From assembly GCF_000025945.1 (NCBI RefSeq), contig NC_006138.1, positions 150,001 to 182,000 on the forward strand: DNA of 32,000 bases, read 5' to 3'. The first letter of the stretch is position 1, and every line of letters begins with the position of its first letter. Below are positions 18,393 through 26,847 of this stretch, in pieces. This DNA comes from Desulfotalea psychrophila LSv54. Its GTDB lineage: Bacteria; Desulfobacterota; Desulfobulbia; Desulfobulbales; Desulfocapsaceae. The notes under the pieces were generated by a model, which made no database searches, had not been told where the DNA came from, and saw only the letters and a program-made list of their open reading frames with translations. The position numbers were made by a program, and so were the translations under genes.

Positions 18393-19406
18393 ATGAAAAA
18401 AGATACTCTTGTTAGCATCCAAAACGTAGTCAAACACTTTGACATCTCAGGTGGTTTGCTTGAACAGATACGTTTTAAAAATAATAAATTCGTTCGTGAA
18501 CAGAGCGTAGTTCACGCTCTCAACGGGGTGAGCCTCGATATTGGTCGTGGCAAGACAGTCAGCGTTGTTGGTGAATCCGGTTGTGGCAAATCCACCCTGG
18601 CTCGATGCGTTATTCGCCTCTATGAGCCAAATGGTGGTCAGATCATCTATGATGGCAAGCGGATAGACAACCTCAGTCACAAGCATATGGCGCCCTACCG
18701 AACACGAATGCAGATGGTCTTTCAGGACCCCTACTCCTCGCTCAATCCCCGCATGAGCGTTGCCCAGATACTTGAAGAACCGATCCGTTTTCACAATCGC
18801 TCCTACACTGCAGGCGATGTCACCGATAAGGTTGCAGAGGTTATGCAGCAGGTGGGAATTGATCCGCTCTGGCGTAAACGTTTCCCCCATGAATTTTCAG
18901 GTGGACAGAGGCAACGCATTGCCATTGCCCGGGCCCTGGCCGTTGATCCTGAGTTCATTGTGGCCGATGAACCCATTGCCGCCCTCGATGTCTCTATCCA
19001 GGCCCAGGTACTCAACCTCCTCATGGACCTTCAGCAGGAGCGGGGACTGACCTATATGTTTATCAGTCACGATCTCTCTGTGGTAGAGCATATTTCCAAT
19101 GAGGTGGCAGTAATGTACCTCGGCACTCTCTGTGAATTCGCCGAGACCGAAAACCTCTACTCCAATCCACGTCATCCCTACACCCGAGCCTTGCTCTCAG
19201 CAATTCCGCAATTTGGCCAGAAGGGTTTTCAGCATCTGCGCCTGCAGGGCGATGTACCAACCCCCATAGACCTGCCATCCGGTTGTGTTTTTCATGGAAG
19301 GTGTCCCTATGCGGATAAACGATGTCGAACCGAAATGCCCATCATCAGACGACTCGACTGCGGATCACAGGTCGCCTGTCATGGCGTTGAAGAAGGAAGA
19401 ATCTAA
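18393..19406 (+). CDS. Peptide/nickel-type ABC transporter ATP-binding protein (DppF-like)
   Basis: GESGCGKSTLAR, FPHEFSGGQRQRIAIARALA, FIVADEPIAALD; start placed at MKKDTLVS, ORF track extends to 18348. Confidence 0.95.
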   Translation: MKKDTLVSIQNVVKHFDISGGLLEQIRFKNNKFVREQSVVHALNGVSLDIGRGKTVSVVGESGCGKSTLARCVIRLYEPNGGQIIYDGKRIDNLSHKHMAPYRTRMQMVFQDPYSSLNPRMSVAQILEEPIRFHNRSYTAGDVTDKVAEVMQQVGIDPLWRKRFPHEFSGGQRQRIAIARALAVDPEFIVADEPIAALDVSIQAQVLNLLMDLQQERGLTYMFISHDLSVVEHISNEVAVMYLGTLCEFAETENLYSNPRHPYTRALLSAIPQFGQKGFQHLRLQGDVPTPIDLPSGCVFHGRCPYADKRCRTEMPIIRRLDCGSQVACHGVEEGRI

Positions 19407-19852
19407 TGGAAGAACAGCCCTATGCCCCCGCTGGTGAATTACTGCTACGCACTCTGGCCATGCCCTCTGACACAAACCCCAATGGTGACATCTTCGGTGG
19501 TTGGATTATGTCACAGATGGATATTGCCGGTGGTATTTTAGCCAAGGAGATCAGCTGTGCCCGTACAGTCACAGTTGCCGTAGACAGTATCGTTTTCATT
19601 AAACCGGTAAGCGTCGGCGACGTAGTCTGCTGCCATGGCAAGGTAATTCATATCGGCACCACATCGATGAAAATAAATTTGGAGGTCTGGACAAAAAAGA
19701 CCTCCGCATCCGGTACAGCCCACGCCCATGAACGTTTTTTAGTTACCAAGGCAGCCTTTACCTATGTGGCCATCGATGCCATGGGAAAAAAGCAGGTCAT
19801 TGACAAGGAGAGTCCCTGCTTTCAGGAGTTTATGCAAAATCTCCCCCTATAA
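19406..19852 (+). CDS. Acyl-CoA thioesterase, YciA-like hotdog family
   Basis: MPSDTNPNGDIFGGWIMSQMDIAGGILA, VAVDSIVFIKPVSVGDVV; overlaps the preceding stop. Confidence 0.87.
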   Translation: MEEQPYAPAGELLLRTLAMPSDTNPNGDIFGGWIMSQMDIAGGILAKEISCARTVTVAVDSIVFIKPVSVGDVVCCHGKVIHIGTTSMKINLEVWTKKTSASGTAHAHERFLVTKAAFTYVAIDAMGKKQVIDKESPCFQEFMQNLPL

Positions 19853-19909
19853 TCCATAAAGCAGAGAAAATAGTCCTCGAACCAAGAACACTTTTTATTA
19901 GTTTCTCTC

Positions 19910-19951
19910 CCACCCTGACAGATTCCCCCCTGCCAGGGTGGTTTTTTTTTT
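19910..19951 (+). terminator. Rho-independent terminator after the ABC/thioesterase operon
   Basis: ccaccctgacag-attccccc-ctgccagggtgg, 12-bp stem with one mismatch, followed by a long T-run. Confidence 0.88.
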
Positions 19952-20033
19952 CAAATCAAGCTATTATCCTGCAAAAGCACTGTAAACAACCCCAACCAAC
20001 CCTCCTCTGCCTAACATAAGAATTGAGGTATCA

Positions 20034-21434
20034 ATGTTTGCTTCACAGCTACGACGATCACTACTCCTCCTACTCACGCCCCTACTGCTGTTAAGCTGTA
20101 GCATGATCCCCCCAAAAGAAGCCCACCACCAACAGCTACTTACCCCAGAAGAAATTGGTATAAGAGCTGAAATGCAGATCAGAACCTGCCGCTGGTGGGA
20201 AGATTTCAGAGACCCTCAACTCAACACCCTGATAGAGATGGGCCTCCGGCAAAACCTCAATTTACAGCAGGTGAGTTATCGCCTCTCATTGGCCAAGCAA
20301 CAGGTTCTTCTCAACCAGGCAGGACAAAAGGTGCAGGCCAACCTTAAACTGAACGGTGGTGGCCTTGCTGCCAAGGGAGATTTTCCCAGTCAAAATTCAG
20401 CATTTGCCCTGGCCCTGCCCATGGTTGGCTACAACTTAGATTTTTGGGGCAAGATAGAGAACAGGGTACTTGCGGCAAGCAACAGAGAGAAGGCCGCTCA
20501 GGTAAATGTCACCCAGGCCAGGTTGGCCCTGGCCGTCTCCATCGCCCAGAGCTATTTAAACCTACAGAACAATCGGCAACAAAAGCAGGTCCTGCATAGG
20601 ATGATAACAAACCAGAAGGCAGCAGAGGAGATTATCGTAGGGAGCGTAAAAAGAGGTTTTCTCCCCTACGAAGAGTTACTGCAGAGCCAAAGCTATAGCC
20701 ACCTTCTCAGGGCAGAACTGACAGGAGCTAAAGCCCAAGAAATACTTGCAAAAAATCAAATAGCACTCTACCTGGCCAGAACAACAGAACAACTCGCCCC
20801 CCTGGTAGATGGAAAACTTACCCTCATAGCACCGCTGCAAGAGGTTCTATCCATCCCCATGAATCTGCTGGCAAGACGCCCCGACATTCAGGGCAAAAAA
20901 TGGATTGTGCAGGCCTATGCCGCCGAGATAAAGGTGGCACGGACTGCCTTCTATCCCGATTTTAACCTTATGCTTGGCGGGGCTTTTCTGGCAATGACCA
21001 ACATACATCCAGACAAGCTCTCCCTTCTCAGCGGATCAATTGCCACCAGCCTCCCCCTCTATGATGGTGGCCTTCGAGATGCGGGTCTCTCTATTGCCAA
21101 TATAATGTACGACAGAGCCGTACTTGACTATAACCAATCCCTGCTCGGAGCCGTACGCGAGGCATCCGATGCCATTATTTTACTCAAGACAAGCCAAGAG
21201 CAAGAGATGCTCACCGGCATCTCAACCGAAAAGCAGAGGCAGGCATATGATATTGCCAGAAAAAAATATCAGCGGGGAATTAGTCCATATCTCCTGATGA
21301 ACCAGGCAGAGAGCAGATGGCAGCAAACCTTCCTCAATCTTATTAAAACAGAGACAGCAACACTGCAGAGCCAATTACGCCTTATCATGGCTCTGGGCGG
21401 CGGTTACAGCCCAAAAGCTGCTACGGAGAAATAA
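20034..21434 (+). CDS. Outer-membrane efflux lipoprotein, NodT/TolC family
   Basis: Lipobox-like LLLLSCS; WWEDFRDPQLNTLIEMGLRQNLNLQQ; YNLDFWGKIENRV; RRPDIQGKKW. Confidence 0.9.
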   Translation: MFASQLRRSLLLLLTPLLLLSCSMIPPKEAHHQQLLTPEEIGIRAEMQIRTCRWWEDFRDPQLNTLIEMGLRQNLNLQQVSYRLSLAKQQVLLNQAGQKVQANLKLNGGGLAAKGDFPSQNSAFALALPMVGYNLDFWGKIENRVLAASNREKAAQVNVTQARLALAVSIAQSYLNLQNNRQQKQVLHRMITNQKAAEEIIVGSVKRGFLPYEELLQSQSYSHLLRAELTGAKAQEILAKNQIALYLARTTEQLAPLVDGKLTLIAPLQEVLSIPMNLLARRPDIQGKKWIVQAYAAEIKVARTAFYPDFNLMLGGAFLAMTNIHPDKLSLLSGSIATSLPLYDGGLRDAGLSIANIMYDRAVLDYNQSLLGAVREASDAIILLKTSQEQEMLTGISTEKQRQAYDIARKKYQRGISPYLLMNQAESRWQQTFLNLIKTETATLQSQLRLIMALGGGYSPKAATEK

Positions 21435-22580
21435 ATGCCCACAACATCACAGGAAAATAAGCCAAAAAGAAACCTCCTTATAGCTATTTTTTTAATAGCC
21501 ATCGCAATCGGCATCGTCATATGGATTTTTCTCTCACAGAGACAACAGGAATCAACCGACGATGCCTATGTTATAGGCAACACCATCATTATCAGCTCCA
21601 AAATTGCCGGAACGGTGCAAAAGATCTCTGTCTCCAACACAGAGTTTGTCGATCAACAACAAATTCTTATCGAGCTTGAGCAAAACGATCTCCTCATACA
21701 GGAAAAAATAGCTGAGGCCAATCTGACCAGGATTGTGCGCACGGTCAAGAGCCAGTACCTTACCACCGGCCAACTTAAAGACAATATAAGGGCCACGGAT
21801 TTTAAAATTGCCGAACTTGAGGCCGATCTGGCCAGACGGGCAGGCGGAGATCTTGATGGCACCGTCACTCTGGAGAACCTACAACACATGGGACAGGCAA
21901 TCAAAATTGCCAGGGCCCAACGTGACAGTGCCCGCCAGGGACTAGAGGCAAAACAGACCATTTTTCCAGGCGAAGAGCTACAAAACAACCCTGAAATCAA
22001 ACTGGCCACCGCTCACCTGCAAGAGATCTATCTGGCAAGGATAAACAGCACCATCATTGCCCCAATGCATGGCCTCATAGCCAACAGGAGCATTCAGGCC
22101 GGCGAAAGGATCTCTCCCGGACAGCCTCTGATGGCCGTCATCCCCCTTGATAATGTCTGGGTGGTAGCAAATTTCAAGGAAACTCAGCTCGGAGATATCC
22201 GCATCGGCCAAGCCGTAGAACTTATCTCCGATATCTATGGCAAGAAGCTCCCATTTGAGGGCATTATTGCAGGCATCGGTGCTGGAACCGGTAGCGCATT
22301 TTCAGCAATCCCTGCCGAGAACGCCACGGGCAACTGGATTAAAATAGTGCAGAGGGTACCCGTCAAAATCTTCATCAGCCCGGATCAAATCAAAAAGCAC
22401 CCCCTACGGATAGGCATGTCGATGACAGTAAGGGTAGATACTAAAGATCAAGAGGAGAAGAGCTTTCAGCACATTCAACAGCACGATGACATCTCCGCGA
22501 TCTATCAAAGCCATAGACAACTGGCCGAGCAACAGGCCAGAGATTTTCTTAATACCCTCCTTATCCATAACAATAAATAA
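21435..22580 (+). CDS. HlyD/EmrA-family membrane fusion protein
   Basis: N-terminal TM; STDDAYVIGNTIIISSKIAGTVQKISVSNTEFV; TIIAPMHGLIANRSIQAGERISPGQPLMAVIPLDNVWVVANFKETQL. Confidence 0.92.
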   Translation: MPTTSQENKPKRNLLIAIFLIAIAIGIVIWIFLSQRQQESTDDAYVIGNTIIISSKIAGTVQKISVSNTEFVDQQQILIELEQNDLLIQEKIAEANLTRIVRTVKSQYLTTGQLKDNIRATDFKIAELEADLARRAGGDLDGTVTLENLQHMGQAIKIARAQRDSARQGLEAKQTIFPGEELQNNPEIKLATAHLQEIYLARINSTIIAPMHGLIANRSIQAGERISPGQPLMAVIPLDNVWVVANFKETQLGDIRIGQAVELISDIYGKKLPFEGIIAGIGAGTGSAFSAIPAENATGNWIKIVQRVPVKIFISPDQIKKHPLRIGMSMTVRVDTKDQEEKSFQHIQQHDDISAIYQSHRQLAEQQARDFLNTLLIHNNK

Positions 22581-24088
22581 TGGCCAACTCCCCCCAGAGC
22601 ACGCAGTGGCTACAGGGCATTAAGCTTACTGCCGCAACATTTTCCCTGGCCATGGCCGCCTTTATGATGGTACTGGATACCACCATTGCCAACGTCGCCG
22701 TCCCCACCATTGCCGGTAATGTGGGAGTCTCGGTAGATCAGGGCACCTGGGTCATTACCGCCTTTGGAGCAGCAAATGCGATCTCCATGCCCCTCACCGG
22801 CTTCCTCAGTCACCGATTCGGCGAGGTGCGCCTCTTTCTCTTCGCCGTCATAGGCTTCACCCTCACCTCTTTTCTCTGTGGAACGGCAACCAGCATGGAA
22901 TCGCTGGTTATCTATCGCATTCTCCAAGGCGCAGTATCGGGCTCTATAGCCCCCCTCTCCCAGAGCTTACTACTCCGTTGTTACTCCAAAGAGAAGAGAG
23001 GGACAGCCCTGGCCCTATGGACCCTAACCATTATCGTCGCCCCCATTGTCGGCCCCATCCTCGGCGGCTACCTCACCGACAATTACCACTGGTCATGGAT
23101 ATTTTTTATCAATGTACCCATTGGTATTTTTGTCCTTATCTCCTGTAGCATGCTGCTCAAGGGAAAGGAAACTACCCGTAGCCGCCCAAGCATCGATTAC
23201 ATAGGTATAGGCCTATTGGTCTTTGCCGCTGGTAGCCTGCAGATGCTACTTGATCTGGGCAAACAGCACGACTGGTTCCAATCCACATTTATCATAGGCC
23301 TTGGCCTTGTTGCCCTTGTCTCCTGGGGAGTGATGATCATTTGGGAGTATTACCACGACAACCCAGTGGTTAATGTCAGGCTCTTTAAAAACCGTAATTT
23401 TTCCCTGGCCGTTCTTATTATGGGTCTGGGTTACGGCATATACTTTGGTTCATCGGTACTCCTGCCCCTCTGGTTACAGGGAGTCATGGGATATACGGCA
23501 ACATGGGCAGGACTTGCCACCTCTCCCTCCGGAATCCTCGCCGTGGTTTCCGCACCCATGATGGCCTATCTGACAAGAAAAGTTGATCTCCGTCTTATCT
23601 TAACCTATGCCTTTGTTAACTTTGCCATAGTCGGTTTTTGGCGGGCAAATTTTTCTCTCGACAACTCCTTTTTCATCATCTTCCTGCCCCAGCTGGTGGT
23701 GGGGGCTGCAACCATGCCCTTTCTTGTCCCCCTGCAGAGAATGATCATAGACGGTTTACCCTCTTCACAGATTGCCACAGCAGTTGCCCTCTCCAGTTTT
23801 TTTAGAACACTTTCAGGCAGTTTCTCGTCTTCCGTGGTCACCACCGCCTGGGACGACAGAATGACATTTCACTATGCAAGAATCGCTGAAAATTTCACCG
23901 TCTACAACCAGTATTCAATGGGCTACCTCAGAGATGTACATGGCAATATATCTCTTATGAGTAAGATAATTATGCGCCAGGCCTATATGCTCTCCACGGT
24001 GGATCTCTTCTGGGCAACTGGCGTAATCTGCCTCTGCCTTGTCCCCATAATATGGCTGACTAAACCAATAAATATAGAGATAGAGTAA
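22580..24088 (+). CDS. DHA2-family MFS multidrug transporter (EmrB-like)
   Basis: VLDTTIANVAVPTIAGNVGVSVDQGTWVITAFGAANAISMPLTGFLSHRFGEVRLF; about 14 TM segments; forms a tripartite operon with the two preceding genes. Confidence 0.93.
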   Translation: MANSPQSTQWLQGIKLTAATFSLAMAAFMMVLDTTIANVAVPTIAGNVGVSVDQGTWVITAFGAANAISMPLTGFLSHRFGEVRLFLFAVIGFTLTSFLCGTATSMESLVIYRILQGAVSGSIAPLSQSLLLRCYSKEKRGTALALWTLTIIVAPIVGPILGGYLTDNYHWSWIFFINVPIGIFVLISCSMLLKGKETTRSRPSIDYIGIGLLVFAAGSLQMLLDLGKQHDWFQSTFIIGLGLVALVSWGVMIIWEYYHDNPVVNVRLFKNRNFSLAVLIMGLGYGIYFGSSVLLPLWLQGVMGYTATWAGLATSPSGILAVVSAPMMAYLTRKVDLRLILTYAFVNFAIVGFWRANFSLDNSFFIIFLPQLVVGAATMPFLVPLQRMIIDGLPSSQIATAVALSSFFRTLSGSFSSSVVTTAWDDRMTFHYARIAENFTVYNQYSMGYLRDVHGNISLMSKIIMRQAYMLSTVDLFWATGVICLCLVPIIWLTKPINIEIE

Positions 24089-24217
24089 TTTTACGGACAG
24101 TAACAGAGAAGTACCTATCTCAAATAAAATGTGAGTCACACAGCTAGCCCTCGCCCGCTCAATCTATATCCCGCCACACCCTAACGCCAGAGCCTCAATC
24201 TGCCATGAGCCCAACGC

Positions 24218-24248
24218 AAGTAACACGAATTATATCTTTGTGTTACTT
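24218..24248. promoter_or_regulatory. Operator-like dyad A, candidate Ni-responsive (NikR-like) site
   Basis: AAGTAACAC-gaattatatcttt-GTGTTACTT, perfect 9-bp arms. Confidence 0.65.
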
Positions 24249-24253
24249 CATCC

Positions 24254-24282
24254 TTGACAGAAACGCCTCTCCTTGCTAATAC
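24254..24282 (+). promoter_or_regulatory. Candidate sigma70 promoter between the two dyads
   Basis: Perfect -35 TTGACA at 24254-24259 with a weak -10-like ctaatac segment around 24276-24282. Confidence 0.4.
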
Positions 24283-24288
24283 ATTGAG

Positions 24289-24323
24289 CTTCGTAACACT
24301 TTTTGTAATTTAGTGTTACGAAG
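24289..24323. promoter_or_regulatory. Operator-like dyad B, same core and spacing as dyad A
   Basis: CTTCGTAACACT-ttttgtaattt-AGTGTTACGAAG, perfect 12-bp arms containing GTAACAC-N13-GTGTTAC. Confidence 0.7.
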
Positions 24324-24416
24324 TTCAGGCAGTCAAAGAGACTTTTTACCTAAAAAAATATCTTCGGTAAAACATCTCAAATTCTTAGTAGAAACAGATA
24401 ATTTCAGGAGAATTAA

Positions 24417-25190
24417 ATGAAAAAGGCTTTCACCTCACTCACTTTTTTTTGTGCTACTCTGCTCTTCCTCTCATCTGCAAATGCCCATGAATTTATTGTA
24501 AAACCTGTTCAGTTCAATGTTCCCGTCGACCATAAACTACCCTTTAATGTCATCTCCTGTCATGCCTTCATGATCAGTGAAGAGGCAGAGGCAATCAACC
24601 AGGTTGAAGTTGCCCTGATTAAAGGCGACAAAAAAACAAAACTGTCACTACAAAAAAATGACACCCTCCTCACTCTGGATGGTACCGCCGATATCAAGGA
24701 GGCTGGCACATCCATACTTGTTGGCCATCGCCATGGTATTACCTGGACCCAAACAACAACAGGATGGAAACAGGCGAGTAAAAAGAAGTGCAAAGGAGTT
24801 ATCTCCAGCGGTAAATATGAAAAATTCTGCAAAACACTTATCAATGCCGGCAAGGCAGATAATGGTTATAGCCAGATTCTCGGACAACAACTTGAAATAG
24901 TACCAATCTCAAATCCTGCTAAGGCTATTGTCGGCAAAGAGATGTCCTTCCAAATTTTAGCTGACGGCAAGCCACTTTCCACAAAAGTTTATGCCACCTA
25001 TGATGGATTTAGTAACAGAGTAAACACCTATGCCTACTTCACCGAAACCGATGATAGCGGCATAGCCCATGTCCAGATCACTCACGCGGGGACATGGATG
25101 CTTAGGGTTGAGCATATAGATGATAAGGCTACAGCGGATTACGACAAACATATACTACGGGCTGTTCTCGTTTTCAGTGTAACAAGATGA
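24417..25190 (+). CDS. Exported DUF4198-like protein, likely NikK-type nickel-uptake accessory component
   Basis: Signal peptide then HEFIVKPVQFNVPVDHKLPFNVISCHAFM...; ADGKPLSTKVYATYDGFSN, C-terminal HAGTWMLRVEH; tcaggagaattaaATG; overlaps the next gene, which is NikL-like. Confidence 0.7.
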   Translation: MKKAFTSLTFFCATLLFLSSANAHEFIVKPVQFNVPVDHKLPFNVISCHAFMISEEAEAINQVEVALIKGDKKTKLSLQKNDTLLTLDGTADIKEAGTSILVGHRHGITWTQTTTGWKQASKKKCKGVISSGKYEKFCKTLINAGKADNGYSQILGQQLEIVPISNPAKAIVGKEMSFQILADGKPLSTKVYATYDGFSNRVNTYAYFTETDDSGIAHVQITHAGTWMLRVEHIDDKATADYDKHILRAVLVFSVTR

Positions 25191-25675
25191 GAGTAAAAAT
25201 TTACCCATCTCTTGTCGCTCTCTCCCTTCTTCTTATGGCAATGACTCTGAGTTCCCCTACAGCGTCATGCGCCCACGGGACAGGCTACAGAATAGTGGAC
25301 AACGATGACACTGTAACCATGGAATTTTATTACTCTACTGGTAGTCTAATGCCATACGCAGAGGTACTAATTTTTAGCCCGACAGATAAGGAGAGTGAAT
25401 ATCAAAACGGCAGGACTGACAGGAGAGGACGATTTGCCTTCCGGCCCAACAGTCCCGGAGAATGGCAGATAAAGGTCTATGATGGCCGAGGCCATAAGGT
25501 AAACGGCAAATGTTCAGTCACCAGGGCCGATGAAACAGATTCTCCCCTAATACTCAAATCAACATCCGCCAAGACCGTACCAAAGAGGTGGGGCGTGATT
25601 TTAGGAATCAGCCTTATCTTCAATCTCTGTGGCGCAATCGCCCTGTTCAACAAAAAGAGACAAAAAAAAGCTTAA
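25187..25675 (+). CDS. NikL-like nickel transport accessory protein (signal peptide plus C-terminal TM)
   Basis: AHGTGYRIV...VTMEFYYSTGSLMPYAEVLIFSPTDKESEYQNGRTDRRGRFAFRPNSPGEWQIKVYDGRGHKV plus C-terminal TM matches the remembered NikL pattern. Confidence 0.75.
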   Translation: MRVKIYPSLVALSLLLMAMTLSSPTASCAHGTGYRIVDNDDTVTMEFYYSTGSLMPYAEVLIFSPTDKESEYQNGRTDRRGRFAFRPNSPGEWQIKVYDGRGHKVNGKCSVTRADETDSPLILKSTSAKTVPKRWGVILGISLIFNLCGAIALFNKKRQKKA

Positions 25676-25701
25676 TCTGGCACCACTCTAATACATTAAA
25701 A

Positions 25702-25786
25702 GCCAGGCCTCAGATCTCTTAACCAAAATAGCCTCAGCTATTCTAAGTTGAATACTGGCGCCCATTTAAAAAGAGAGAGGCCTGGC
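25702..25786. repeat. Inverted repeat with 65-nt spacer in the nikL-torD gap
   Basis: gccaggcctc (25702-25711) and gaggcctggc (25777-25786) are perfect 10-bp inverted copies. Confidence 0.45.
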
Positions 25787-25898
25787 AGTCCCATATCTCG
25801 ACAATCATAATTCAAGGAGCTGGTAAAATAGCTGCACGGCAGCCTATCTCTTTTTAAAAAACTTTAACTAGCCGTAAACTTATGATAAAATTATTCGC

Positions 25899-26453
25899 AT
25901 GGATAATAAAAATGACATAACACACAGGACGATATTTTTGCGCAATTTTTTCTTCGCCCATAATAAAGAAGAAATCCAACAGGCTGTCACAGAGCTTGCA
26001 GCGTTTTCCCATACCCCACTGCCCGCCAATACGGATTGGTTTAAGGTAGAAGCTGACTTTAAACGCCTCTTTAGCAAGCCGACGCTCAGTCCTGCACCCC
26101 CCTACGCCTCTGCCTATATCAACGAAAACAGCACCAAGACAAGTGCCGCACTTGAAATTCAAAATTTTTACTCTTTCTTAGGCGTTAAGGCCCCGGACAG
26201 CCAAGCTGTCGATCATCTCTCTCACCAACTGAATGCCTATATCCTCCTACTTAAGGAGCAGGCAAATCGACCCAGGGATCAAAACCTGAAGAATCTGCAA
26301 AAAAAATTCATTCAGGTTCACCTGGAACAGTGGTTACCCAAATTTATTAGCGCTATGCGTCAGGAAAAAGACCTTCCCTTAGCCATCACCATGGTCACAA
26401 ACTCCCTGGAAAGTTGGTTTAAGGCCGAAAAAATAGCCCTCACCAACAAATAG
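25899..26453 (+). CDS. TorD/DmsD-family-like cytoplasmic chaperone
   Basis: All-helical character; RTIFLRNFFFA, DFKRLFSKP..PPYASAYINE, YSFLGVKAPDSQAVDHLSHQLNAYILLL, QVHLEQWLPKFISAM follow the TorD-family pattern. Confidence 0.75.
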   Translation: MDNKNDITHRTIFLRNFFFAHNKEEIQQAVTELAAFSHTPLPANTDWFKVEADFKRLFSKPTLSPAPPYASAYINENSTKTSAALEIQNFYSFLGVKAPDSQAVDHLSHQLNAYILLLKEQANRPRDQNLKNLQKKFIQVHLEQWLPKFISAMRQEKDLPLAITMVTNSLESWFKAEKIALTNK

Positions 26454-26847
26454 GGACCAATCTAAAGACAAAAAACTTCCGGGGCAGAGTAATAACTGAC
26501 AAATAACTCTGCCCACCCAGATAGTTTTTTGCACCCACCTCCTATCTCCCTAGCAACATCCCTAGCACAGTTTTCCTGAACCCTTTCCACGGGTCGAAGC
26601 AGGGAAAGAATCATACAAAAAAGCCAAAAATACTTATATGCTTGATTTAACTTGAAATCATGATAATATACCTAGCAAAGTTCCAGACTTATTAAATTCC
26701 ACCGCGTACATCATAGATTAAACATTTCCACCTGCAATGGAAAAGATGGTCAACTTTATACCCAGCTCGTCAGAATATTCTTTACGTCTCAACAACAGAA
26801 CAAATATCCGTTTTTCTTATCTATATCCAACAGTGGAGTAAGCGACT

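Noticed and set aside
22610-25151. Several minus-strand and alternate-frame ORFs over the emrB-like and nikK-like genes
   Set aside because: Opposite or different frame from well-supported coding sequences and no recognisable motifs.
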